A stretch of DNA of 27,348 bases from a virus (Duplodnaviria; Caudoviricetes), in IMG/VR virus record IMGVR_UViG_3300029823_000012, positions 1 to 27,348 of that record, one strand, 5' to 3'. A program made the translations under genes and the position numbers. Positions 8,027 through 16,732 of this stretch are shown here, one piece after another. The notes below the pieces were generated by a model that saw only the letters and a program-made list of their open reading frames with translations, was not told the origin of the DNA and ran no database searches. Numbering within the stretch: the stretch's first letter is position 1; every line of letters starts with the position of its first letter.

Positions 8027-8464
8027 ATGGAAAGAGGTAGCTATACCGATGTTTATTGGTGTAGAAACTGGACTTTTACAGTTCGTAAAACAGCAGACGG
8101 CGAAGCGTATATGTATGATACATATTTTAATAATTGGGATTCAGCCATTCGGGTAACAGATGATAATATTAATGATTTTGAAGTAGTGTTTGATTTTAGG
8201 AATGTTGAAAGAGTTCCCGATAGTTTCAGAAATGAATATGAAGATGATGACTTATATTATGTTGCCACTGATAGCGGTGGATATAGTTGTGGAGATTTGT
8301 ATTGGAAGGATAAAAATACTAAACCATCATTAAAAAAGCAAATTAATAAAAAACGTCAAGCTGTTAAAGATGCGGAATATGAATTAGAGTATGCAAAAAG
8401 AGATTTGAAAAGTTTTGTAACAGAAAATAATATTAATACAAATGATTATCCAGAAGAGTCATAA
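8027..8464 (+). CDS. Hypothetical phage protein (true start uncertain)
   Basis: 145-aa ORF; frame is open back to 7964 and no RBS precedes ATG 8027. Confidence 0.7.
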   Translation: MERGSYTDVYWCRNWTFTVRKTADGEAYMYDTYFNNWDSAIRVTDDNINDFEVVFDFRNVERVPDSFRNEYEDDDLYYVATDSGGYSCGDLYWKDKNTKPSLKKQINKKRQAVKDAEYELEYAKRDLKSFVTENNINTNDYPEES

Positions 8465-8468
8465 TAAG

Positions 8469-8486
8469 ATAGAATGAGAATTTGCT
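8469..8486 (+). repeat. Junction site S1
   Basis: TAAG-ATAGAA-TGAGAA-TTTGCT right after stop 8464. Confidence 0.6.
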
Positions 8487-8511
8487 TCGATATAGAAAGG
8501 AAATGATTTTT

Positions 8512-9249
8512 ATAAAATACGTTGGCAGTAAAAACAGAATTTCTAAAGAGATAGTACCTATTATTCAAAAATGTATTGATGAGCATGATATTCATACATA
8601 CTTTGAACCATTCGTTGGTGGTGCAAATATGATTGATAAGATTAAGTGCAATAGGTGTATTGGAAATGACATTAATGAGTATCTTATCGCATTACTGAAA
8701 GCAGTACAGAGTGGATGGAATCCATTAGAATCAGTTACTATGACAAAAGAGTTTTATAATAATGTTAAAGACAACAAGGATAAATATCCTAAAGAGATCC
8801 TCGGTTTGTGCGGATTGTGCGCTACATATAATGCAAAGTGGTTTGGTGGATACGCTGGAATCGTCCATACGAAAATTGATACATATAGGAATTACTATGA
8901 AGAAGCAGTAAAGAATCTTTTGAAACAGAAAGATGATATTAAAGATATTAAATTTATTTCAACTGATTATCTTACATTAAACGAAACAAAGATGAAAAAT
9001 TGGGTTATCTATTGTGATCCACCTTATCAAGATACCACCAAGTACAATAACATTGGATTTGAATATGATGTATTTTGGCAATGGGTTAGAGATACTTCTA
9101 AAAACAATTTCGTATTCGTGTCAGAATACAATGCACCTAAAGATTTTAAGTGCGTATGGAGCAAGGTATTAACTACAACACTTGACAAAAGTAGTCGTAG
9201 TACGGCTACAGAAAAGTTGTTTACATATAATTCTAATATGATGAAATAA
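8512..9249 (+). CDS. Dam/D12-class N6-adenine DNA methyltransferase (probable ATA start; ORF track 8482)
   Basis: KYVGSKNR, EPFVGGAN (motif I), YCDPPY (motif IV), VSEY, EKLF. Confidence 0.9.
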   Translation: MKYVGSKNRISKEIVPIIQKCIDEHDIHTYFEPFVGGANMIDKIKCNRCIGNDINEYLIALLKAVQSGWNPLESVTMTKEFYNNVKDNKDKYPKEILGLCGLCATYNAKWFGGYAGIVHTKIDTYRNYYEEAVKNLLKQKDDIKDIKFISTDYLTLNETKMKNWVIYCDPPYQDTTKYNNIGFEYDVFWQWVRDTSKNNFVFVSEYNAPKDFKCVWSKVLTTTLDKSSRSTATEKLFTYNSNMMK

Positions 9250-9258
9250 GAGTTTTAT
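9241..9258 (+). repeat. Junction site S2
   Basis: G-ATGAAA-TAAGAG-TTTTAT-C; contains the MTase stop codon. Confidence 0.7.
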
Positions 9259-9300
9259 CTCATTGCAGACAATATTAAATCGTAAAGGAGCTAGACAAAA

Positions 9301-10113
9301 ATATTAAAACTAAATAATTTTTATATAGATGAATCAGTTAATTTTATGAAAAACAATATTCCAGATAATTTTGTAGATTTAACTGTTACATCTCCACCAT
9401 ATGATAATTTACGTACATATAAAGGCTTTGTATTTGATTATCAATCAATGTTAAAAGAATTATATAGAATTACCAAAGATGGTGGAGTAGTAGTTTGGGT
9501 GGTAAACGATGCTACTATAAAAGGTTCAGAAACATTAACATCGTTTAAGCAAGCAATATATGCAAAAGAAGAATGTGGATTTAATGTTCATGATACAATG
9601 ATTTATGAAAAAATTAATTATATCCCATTGACACATAATAGATACGAGCAATGTTTTGAATACATGTTTGTGTTCAGTAAAGGGAAACCAAAAACATTTA
9701 ATCCTATAATGATAGACTGTAAAACTAAGGGGAATAATACAGATAAGAGAACATTTTATCAAACAAACAAACAAGATAAACCAACAATAGGACATAATAA
9801 TGTTTGCGTAAAGAATCAAAAACAAAATAAAAATATATGGGAATTATCTACAAATAGTGGTTACAAAGGTCATCCGGCACCTTTTCCAGAACAATTAGCA
9901 AAAGATCATATTCTTTCGTGGAGCAATGAAGGAGATATTGTTTTTGATCCAATGTGTGGTTCAGGAACAACATGTAAAGAAGCATATCTTTTACATAGAA
10001 ATTTTATTGGTGTTGATATGAGTGAAGAATATATAAATAATATTTGTATTCCACGACTTGAACAATATGGGTGGAATAACATCAATAATATAAGCAAACA
10101 AAATTCTATATAA
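9301..10113 (+). CDS. Beta-class N4-cytosine/N6-adenine DNA methyltransferase (probable ATA start; ORF track 9346)
   Basis: DLTVTSPPY, HPAPFP, DPMCGSGTT. Confidence 0.92.
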   Translation: MLKLNNFYIDESVNFMKNNIPDNFVDLTVTSPPYDNLRTYKGFVFDYQSMLKELYRITKDGGVVVWVVNDATIKGSETLTSFKQAIYAKEECGFNVHDTMIYEKINYIPLTHNRYEQCFEYMFVFSKGKPKTFNPIMIDCKTKGNNTDKRTFYQTNKQDKPTIGHNNVCVKNQKQNKNIWELSTNSGYKGHPAPFPEQLAKDHILSWSNEGDIVFDPMCGSGTTCKEAYLLHRNFIGVDMSEEYINNICIPRLEQYGWNNINNISKQNSI

Positions 10114-10122
10114 TCGAATAGT

Positions 10123-10140
10123 ATAAAAGAAGTATTTCAT
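10123..10140 (+). repeat. Junction site S3
   Basis: ATAAAA-GAAGTA-TTTCAT-T between stop 10113 and the next RBS. Confidence 0.7.
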
Positions 10141-10173
10141 TGTGAATTTATTAAACAAGGAGAATGATCTAAA

Positions 10174-10740
10174 ATAGACAAAATTATTGCAAGTAGAATT
10201 ACAGGTGGTAATTCTGAATATGGTAGAGTAAAAAGTGATTTTTATCCAACACCATCAGAGGCTACACAAGTGCTAATTGACTTTTTAAAAGATAAACAGC
10301 TTATTGACAATACAATGACTGTTTGGGAACCAGCTTGTGGAGAAGGACATATGGTTAATGTCTTTACTGAAAATAATATTAAATGTATTGGAACAGATGT
10401 ACAAACTGGTACAGATTTTTTACAAACCAATATAGTACCTTGTCAGTGGATTATAACAAATCCTCCGTTCTCGGTTTCAGAACAATTTATTGAACAATGT
10501 CTGAAATTTAATAAACCATTTGCACTGTTACTTAAAACGCAATACTGGAATGCAAAGAAAAGATTACCTCTATTTAGAAAACATCAACCGCTATATATTT
10601 TACCTTTAACTTGGAGACCAGACTTTTTATTTAAAACAAGGGGAAAAGGTTCTCCATTGATGGATGTTATGTGGGTAGTGTGGAGTAAAAACCCTGCTGA
10701 AAATACATATTTTTATCCTGTTGAAAAACCAGTAAGATAA
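10174..10740 (+). CDS. Small NPPF-type N6-adenine DNA methyltransferase (probable ATA start; ORF track 10270)
   Basis: DFYPTP upstream of the ORF-track start, WEPACGEG (motif I), ITNPPF (motif IV). Confidence 0.88.
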   Translation: MDKIIASRITGGNSEYGRVKSDFYPTPSEATQVLIDFLKDKQLIDNTMTVWEPACGEGHMVNVFTENNIKCIGTDVQTGTDFLQTNIVPCQWIITNPPFSVSEQFIEQCLKFNKPFALLLKTQYWNAKKRLPLFRKHQPLYILPLTWRPDFLFKTRGKGSPLMDVMWVVWSKNPAENTYFYPVEKPVR

Positions 10741-10754
10741 ATCACGCATTCTAT
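10737..10754 (+). repeat. Junction site S4
   Basis: TAAG-ATAAAT-CACGCA-TTCTAT-T; contains the MTase stop codon. Confidence 0.65.
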
Positions 10755-10759
10755 TGTAT

Positions 10760-10801
10760 AAAAAATATCTGCTTACTGAAAGACTAATTCAATAAGCAGA
10801 T
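10760..10801 (-). terminator. Terminator hairpin with U-tract on the minus strand (may be bidirectional)
   Basis: A6 then ATCTGCTTACTGAA-N7-TTCAATAAGCAGAT. Confidence 0.7.
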
Positions 10802-10902
10802 CGCCTAGAGATAAGCAGGATGAATAGTAATATATTATGAAATAACAAATCTGTTTATGCTAATAGTTTAAATAAAATATTAAAAAATAATAGTTAAATC
10901 AC

Positions 10903-10931
10903 TTGACTTTAATATTTTTATGATCTATAAT
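10903..10931 (+). promoter_or_regulatory. sigmaA promoter of the replication-region operon with paired motifs
   Basis: TTGACT-17-TATAAT; AAAATATTAAAA at 10874, inverted copy at 10907-10918, another at 11019. Confidence 0.8.
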
Positions 10932-11055
10932 AGAATACAGAAAGAGAGATGAGAAAATGAAATATTATAAACTTTTGTAAATCAGGTAGCTTTAGAAAAT
11001 AGAAAAAAATAAATGATAAAAATATTAAAAAAATTAAAAAAGGAGATTAGACAAA

Positions 11056-11385
11056 ATGTTTAAATGTGGAATTTGTGGTAAGGAATTTAATAGTGTAGAG
11101 GATCGTATGAAACATGAAAGTCATTGTGTAGCAGTACGTAAGGAAGCTGAAAGGCAACATAAACTCGAAGTACAGAAAGCTGAATCAGAACGTAAAAAAG
11201 AAATGGCTAAAGCCGATTCAGAGCGGATTCAAAATGAATGTAAACAGTTGATCAAAGATGTTAAACATCACAGAAACACATATGGTGAAAATGTAAAATT
11301 TGATATGAATAAGATGGAAAACATTGATAGTCCATTGTATCTTCATATGTTAGATCCATTTTGGGAATTTGAACATATTTTTTAA
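11056..11385 (+). CDS. Zinc-finger (CxxC...HxxHC) coiled-coil hypothetical protein
   Basis: FKCGICGKEF.....RMKHESHC; AAGGAG RBS. Confidence 0.75.
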   Translation: MFKCGICGKEFNSVEDRMKHESHCVAVRKEAERQHKLEVQKAESERKKEMAKADSERIQNECKQLIKDVKHHRNTYGENVKFDMNKMENIDSPLYLHMLDPFWEFEHIF

Positions 11386-11401
11386 AGGAGTATATTATAT
11401 A

Positions 11402-11566
11402 ATGACATATGAAACACTTTTTAAGAACATTGAGAAGATGACAAAGGAATATGGAGAGAATGTTTCTAAGTCATTGAAAGATGTTCTAACAACTCTTAAA
11501 AATGAAGGTAAGACAGCAGATGAAGCAGTGAATTGGATTGGTGATAAGCTGAAGGAGATGAAGTAA
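11402..11566 (+). CDS. Hypothetical protein
   Basis: AAGGAG RBS supports ATG 11402 (ORF track 11369). Confidence 0.65.
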   Translation: MTYETLFKNIEKMTKEYGENVSKSLKDVLTTLKNEGKTADEAVNWIGDKLKEMK

Positions 11567-11568
11567 TT

Positions 11569-11808
11569 ATGTTCAGTAAAGATGAAAGTGCATTAATGCG
11601 ACTATTGATTAAATATGATCTTCCGTGGATTGCACGAGATGAAGATGAAAATCTGTGGGTATTTGAAGATAAACCAGAGAGAAGCAAAAATTATTTTATG
11701 GCAACTGGTGATTTTGGACATTTGCCAGACGTACTTTTTCCACAAATCACATGGGATAATAGTCCAATCGACTGTAAAGCGTATTTAGAAAGCGAAAGTA
11801 AAAATTAA
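11569..11808 (+). CDS. Hypothetical phage protein
   Basis: 79 aa, WIARDEDENLWVFEDKP block, AAGGAG RBS. Confidence 0.75.
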   Translation: MFSKDESALMRLLIKYDLPWIARDEDENLWVFEDKPERSKNYFMATGDFGHLPDVLFPQITWDNSPIDCKAYLESESKN

Positions 11809-11867
11809 TATACCATATATAGTATTACAATAATTATTATTATGCTACATAATGTGCCAAAAACAAG

Positions 11868-11885
11868 ATGAAATTGGGATTTCAT
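11868..11885 (+). repeat. Junction site S5 (perfect arms)
   Basis: AAG-ATGAAA-TTGGGA-TTTCAT-T. Confidence 0.75.
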
Positions 11886-11911
11886 TCGACGATTGAAAGG
11901 AAGTGACTTAT

Positions 11912-12127
11912 ATGAATTGTCCGATTTGCAATCAAAGCGATGAGATGATCTGGGATAAGACTTTTGGTGTATGGCGTTGTGATAGATGCAATAAAAGATT
12001 TGTAAATAAAGCTATTAAGGGGAAAGGAGATACCGCAGAAACATTTATAATTTTAAGAGGACACATTTTTGCGTGGTTTCAGAAGTTAATCAATAAACTT
12101 AAATGGGATATCTATAATAAGGAGTGA
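11912..12127 (+). CDS. Zinc-ribbon hypothetical protein
   Basis: CPIC...CDRC; AAAGGA RBS supports ATG 11912. Confidence 0.7.
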   Translation: MNCPICNQSDEMIWDKTFGVWRCDRCNKRFVNKAIKGKGDTAETFIILRGHIFAWFQKLINKLKWDIYNKE

Positions 12128-12348
12128 TACTCACGAAACATTTTAAACGTTTTCTACATACTATATTTCCTAAAATGTGTACTGCTAATTATCGTTGGAA
12201 TAATGATTGGCTTGAATGTGAGTGCGGTCAGAAGTTAGGTTTCAAATATTCAATACCAGATTATGACCTTACATATGATACTGATGAAGAAACTATTGTT
12301 TGTAAAGACAAAGAACCAGAAGAAAGAATGTTTTATTTATTAACTTAA
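12124..12348 (+). CDS. Hypothetical protein (start uncertain)
   Basis: 74-aa ORF; the GTG overlaps the RBS itself. Confidence 0.6.
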   Translation: MILTKHFKRFLHTIFPKMCTANYRWNNDWLECECGQKLGFKYSIPDYDLTYDTDEETIVCKDKEPEERMFYLLT

Positions 12349-12393
12349 TTGTTAGTATATAAAATATTAAAATTTAAAGGAGTATGATATTAT

Positions 12394-13497
12394 TTGAGTA
12401 ATTATCGTAATACGTTTCATTTCACTGGTGAAGTAAGTTTTCCAAAAGAGGATTCAAAAAATCCATTTTATGCACCTGTTCAAACAGATAAAATAGATGC
12501 AGTCAAAATGAATTTTGGAATTAAAGAATCAGACCACAATATGGGATTCGTTGAAATCTTTGGTTCTAAACGTGAACCGATACATACTATGAACACAGAT
12601 AATGAAGCAATTGATGTGGCATGGGATGATAGATTTAAACCAGAAGTAGTTAAAGAAGTAGCTAATTATCGTAAATATACGGTTGATTTGGGTAAAGAAT
12701 GTGGTGGACGATATGATTTCATTACACAGTATGATATGATTGAATTTTTGCATAATTATTTGCCACAATTTAAAGGTCGAGTATATGTAACAGGTCAGTT
12801 TTCTCGTCAACCTTATAAGGATAAATATTATAATCATTTTAGTGTAGAAAATGTTTATGGACTATCAGATGATGATACTAAACATAAAAATCGTCTTGGA
12901 GTAATGACAGATATTTTTTATAATAATAAATCATTAGATATGACAGATGTTAAAAATACAGGTAAAGCATATTTAAGTGGTTATATTAGTCAGTATATTT
13001 CTGCTGATAAAAAGAATGAATTTGTTCCTATGGATTTTGTATTTAATACAAAAGCATATGATATGAGCAATGAACATCAGAAAAAAGTATATGAATATAA
13101 GATGAATAATTTAAAACCAAAAGAAACAAAGATAGTACATATTCCGTGGGAATTGGTTATGTTGAATGGGGCAGAAGAGCAACCATTTGACGAGTCTACC
13201 CTTACTAATGCGCAGAAAGAACAGATTGCTCTTGGCCTTAGTACTGTAGATGATTTTAAGCCGAAAGGTTCTATTTTTGGTAATAATGTAAAAGAGTTTC
13301 GTTTGTTTAAACCAATTCTAAAAGGTGATTTTGCAGGAGGTATTGTAAAGGCAGATTATTCAGACAAAGATTTTCAGGATGCTATTTATGTACCCGCAAA
13401 AGATGAAAGTATTGTAGATATCGAAAAGCCAGATGAGGAATCAAAGAAAGATTGGACAGAAGATATGTCCGATTTAGATGATGAAAATTTATTCTAA
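12394..13497 (+). CDS. Putative single-stranded DNA-binding/replication protein (YorF-position gene)
   Basis: Beta-rich N-terminus, acidic tail ending DLDDENLF, first gene of the replication cluster; TTG start with AAGGAG. Confidence 0.55.
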   Translation: MSNYRNTFHFTGEVSFPKEDSKNPFYAPVQTDKIDAVKMNFGIKESDHNMGFVEIFGSKREPIHTMNTDNEAIDVAWDDRFKPEVVKEVANYRKYTVDLGKECGGRYDFITQYDMIEFLHNYLPQFKGRVYVTGQFSRQPYKDKYYNHFSVENVYGLSDDDTKHKNRLGVMTDIFYNNKSLDMTDVKNTGKAYLSGYISQYISADKKNEFVPMDFVFNTKAYDMSNEHQKKVYEYKMNNLKPKETKIVHIPWELVMLNGAEEQPFDESTLTNAQKEQIALGLSTVDDFKPKGSIFGNNVKEFRLFKPILKGDFAGGIVKADYSDKDFQDAIYVPAKDESIVDIEKPDEESKKDWTEDMSDLDDENLF

Positions 13498-13543
13498 TTT
13501 TTGAATTATATAACAATTAATTATTAAAAGGAGAAATGTAATA

Positions 13544-14668
13544 TTGAGTAGAAAATATGGTAAAGAAATTGAAGTTTCAATCAATCCATTGAGTTATTCT
13601 CTTGGACTTATTGGTGAAAGTGGTATTGGCAAGACTACAATTATAAAAGAATATTGTGAGAAGCTTGCTGGGCATGATGGGTATATCATGTTGGATATCG
13701 GTAAAGAAGATGGGCATAGAGCTATTAATGGCATTGTTTCCGCAGAAATTCCAGATTGGGATACATTTATTGATTTTTGCGATGATGTTATTGAAAATAA
13801 GACTACCGATTATAAAGATTTGAAAGTTATAGGACTTGATACATATGACCAGTTGGTTGAATTAGCCGAAGCAGAAGTAATTCGTATGCATAATCGAGAT
13901 AATCCTGATAAACGTGCTAATTCTATCAATGCAGCTTTTGGCGGTTTTGGTAAGGGTTCAGACAAGGCAGATGAGATTATCCTTAATAAACTGTGGGAAT
14001 TAAAAAAAGTTGGAGTACAGTTTATTATGATTGGACACGTTAAAAATCGTGAAGTTAATGATGTTATTACAGGTGATTCATATAGTATCGTTACAACAAA
14101 TATGACAGAACGTCATTTTAATGCTATTAAAACTAAACTTCAATTTCTTGGTGTTGCTTATATTGATAGAAAGATTATCAAAGAAAAAACAGGAAAGAAA
14201 GATATCAAAAATCACAAAGATATTTTGAAAAATAAAGTTTCAGAAGAAGCAAGGCGTATCTCTTTCCGTGATGATAATTATAGTATTGATAGTAAGTCAC
14301 GTTTTGCAGATATTGTAGATAACATTCCAATGGATGTAGATGAACTTATTAAAGCTATTAATGATGCAATTCTGGCAGAACACAATAAAGGAACAAAAAC
14401 CCTTGAAGATACGAAAAAGGATGATGAAGATAAAGAAAAAGAGACGGCTAAATTTGCAGCTAAATACGCTGAAAAAAAGAAAGAAACCAAAGTTGATACA
14501 GATGTAAATAAAAAATTAATTGCTACTATTCAGAAAAAATTTACAGTACAGTCTGCTGATGTAAAAAAGCAAGTTAAAACTATTATGGTTGATAATGGAT
14601 TTAGTTCTTTCCGTGATGAAAATATTCCAACACAGGCACTCCAAAAAATTGTTGATATATTGAAGTAA
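13544..14668 (+). CDS. AAA_24 / Sak4-like P-loop ATPase (YorG-like)
   Basis: Walker A GESGIGKTT, Walker B IGLDT, FGGFGKG, IGHVK, SKSRF. Confidence 0.8.
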   Translation: MSRKYGKEIEVSINPLSYSLGLIGESGIGKTTIIKEYCEKLAGHDGYIMLDIGKEDGHRAINGIVSAEIPDWDTFIDFCDDVIENKTTDYKDLKVIGLDTYDQLVELAEAEVIRMHNRDNPDKRANSINAAFGGFGKGSDKADEIILNKLWELKKVGVQFIMIGHVKNREVNDVITGDSYSIVTTNMTERHFNAIKTKLQFLGVAYIDRKIIKEKTGKKDIKNHKDILKNKVSEEARRISFRDDNYSIDSKSRFADIVDNIPMDVDELIKAINDAILAEHNKGTKTLEDTKKDDEDKEKETAKFAAKYAEKKKETKVDTDVNKKLIATIQKKFTVQSADVKKQVKTIMVDNGFSSFRDENIPTQALQKIVDILK

Positions 14669-14748
14669 TTTAATAAATCAATAAGAAAGTAAGATGATGA
14701 TAAATATGCTTGTATTATAATTTAATTTGAATGAAAGGAGGATTTTAT

Positions 14749-15252
14749 ATGGCTCGTAAAGTGAAATGTCAAGTAACTGGTGAATATGGTACATCAGATA
14801 CATTTTATAAAGCGAGTAATGGACATTATTATAAAAGTAAGGAAATATACGAACAAGATAAAAAGGATAAAAAATATTATTCTTTAATTAAAGACACAAT
14901 TTGTTTTGAATTTTTAGGATATCAAAAAGGTCAAAAATTTCCCACTACCTTAACAAAAAAGTTAAAAGAATTATCTTTTTATCCTAATGAAGTGATTTAT
15001 AAAACAATTCAAGATCAAAAAGAAAATATTGAATATTGGATTTCACATAAAGATTTTTCATCTGATTATGGAAAAATTGCTTATATATTTGCTATTATTA
15101 CTAATAATATTAATGATGTATATAGGAATTGGAAAATAAATCAACATCAACAAAAAAAACAAGAACAGTGGCAAGATGAACCAATTGAAATAATTAAATC
15201 TAAACAACATAAAAGTATTGATATTAGTAAATGGTTAGACGGAGATGATTGA
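14749..15252 (+). CDS. Hypothetical replication protein (YorH-position gene)
   Basis: AAGGAGG RBS, MARKVKC start, YIFAIITNNIND block; directly upstream of the helicase. Confidence 0.65.
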   Translation: MARKVKCQVTGEYGTSDTFYKASNGHYYKSKEIYEQDKKDKKYYSLIKDTICFEFLGYQKGQKFPTTLTKKLKELSFYPNEVIYKTIQDQKENIEYWISHKDFSSDYGKIAYIFAIITNNINDVYRNWKINQHQQKKQEQWQDEPIEIIKSKQHKSIDISKWLDGDD

Positions 15253-16716
15253 TTGGAGTTAAAAGATTATCCCAAAAAGTTATTAGAAAATCGTAAAGAA
15301 ATTGAGTGTAACTTTATTTTTTGCCTTTGGAAAGAACCTGATTTAATTGATGATTATGCTAATGTTGTAAATGGAAAAGACATTTTAACTCAAGATGGCA
15401 TATTCTATTATGGATTAGCACAACAAATGAATAAAGCAGGATATAAAGTTTTTGATAATATGTCAGTTGTTACATTTTTAGCTGATAAACCTGTTTTACA
15501 AAAAGGATTTGAGGAACGTACAGGATTTGTACCAATTAAAGAAATCACAGAGTTGCTTAATTCTGAAAATATATCTACATATTATGAAGCTTTAGTTAAA
15601 TCCAATATGGTATTAAATTTATATAGTTCTGGATTTGATGTTTTAAAAGATTATGATAAAATACAAACAATGAATTCAGAGGAATTATATGATTATTATG
15701 ATTATAAATTAAATAATGTATGTGTTGGTAAAATTCAAAAGCTACAAGCAGTAGATTTAAAAACAGGTTATCAGCCATATGTTAAGAAATGGGATAGTGG
15801 TGAATCAGTAGGATTTAAGATAGGATATCCATTACTTAATTATACTCTTGCTGGAGTACATAGAAAAAATCTCTTGTTACATTTAGGTCATATTGGCAAA
15901 GGTAAAACAACAACAGCAATTAACATGTATATTCTTCCTGCTATAGAAGAAGGGGAAAATGTATGTATTATAGCAAACGAACAAGATGAGAATGAATGGA
16001 GACAAATGGTTTTGTCAACAGTAGTTTTCAATCACACAGAAAAGAATGGTGATAAACTTAATCGTCAAAGATTTATCTTAGGGAGTTTTACAGATGCAGA
16101 CAAAGAACGTATAAAAAAAGGCGAAGAATGGTTACAAAAACAAAAGGGAAAATTAATTTTTATTTCTCTAAATGATTATGCAATAAACCATGTAAAGAAA
16201 ATTATTAAAAAATATAGTAAGCGTGGATTTACAGAATTTATATTTGATACTATGAAACCAGAAAAAGAGAATTCAGATAAGGCATGGGCAGAATTTGATG
16301 AAGTAGCAAAACAGTTATTTTTACTTAGTAAAAAAGAAAATGTTGCAATTGTTGCCACAGCGCAACTTTCCTCTGAATCTATGAGCCGAAGATATCTTGA
16401 TTTAACTTGCACAGGTAAAGGTAGAGGTATTTCTGAAACTGCAAGTACCGTTATTATGTTTCGTGAGTTAACAACATATGAAAAAGAAAAATTACAAGCT
16501 TTTCAAAGAGTAAAAGATGAATCAGGTAAATACACCCATACAAAAAAGATGATACCACTTGATGTAAATAAAAATTATATTGTTGTATTTATTCCAAAAA
16601 ATAGATTTGGAACGACAGAAAATCAGATTCTCTATGAACGTAATTTATCATTTAATACAATGAAAGAAATTGGATATGTGGATATTCCATATGATGGATT
16701 TAATAAAAGAAAATAG
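15253..16716 (+). CDS. dnaB: DnaB-like replicative helicase
   Basis: Walker A GHIGKGKTT, ANEQ, FIFDTMK, ATAQL, KNRFG. Confidence 0.88.
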   Translation: MELKDYPKKLLENRKEIECNFIFCLWKEPDLIDDYANVVNGKDILTQDGIFYYGLAQQMNKAGYKVFDNMSVVTFLADKPVLQKGFEERTGFVPIKEITELLNSENISTYYEALVKSNMVLNLYSSGFDVLKDYDKIQTMNSEELYDYYDYKLNNVCVGKIQKLQAVDLKTGYQPYVKKWDSGESVGFKIGYPLLNYTLAGVHRKNLLLHLGHIGKGKTTTAINMYILPAIEEGENVCIIANEQDENEWRQMVLSTVVFNHTEKNGDKLNRQRFILGSFTDADKERIKKGEEWLQKQKGKLIFISLNDYAINHVKKIIKKYSKRGFTEFIFDTMKPEKENSDKAWAEFDEVAKQLFLLSKKENVAIVATAQLSSESMSRRYLDLTCTGKGRGISETASTVIMFRELTTYEKEKLQAFQRVKDESGKYTHTKKMIPLDVNKNYIVVFIPKNRFGTTENQILYERNLSFNTMKEIGYVDIPYDGFNKRK

Positions 16717-16732
16717 AAGAAGGTGACATAGT

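Noticed and set aside
8512-10740. Restriction-modification system
   Set aside because: No restriction endonuclease or specificity subunit is adjacent
12133-12135. ACG start codon 8 nt after AAGGAG
   Set aside because: Spacing fits, but I have no motif evidence to fix the N-terminus
12319-12336. Possible twelfth junction site GAAGAA-AGAATG-TTTTAT
   Set aside because: The left arm is too degenerate to count
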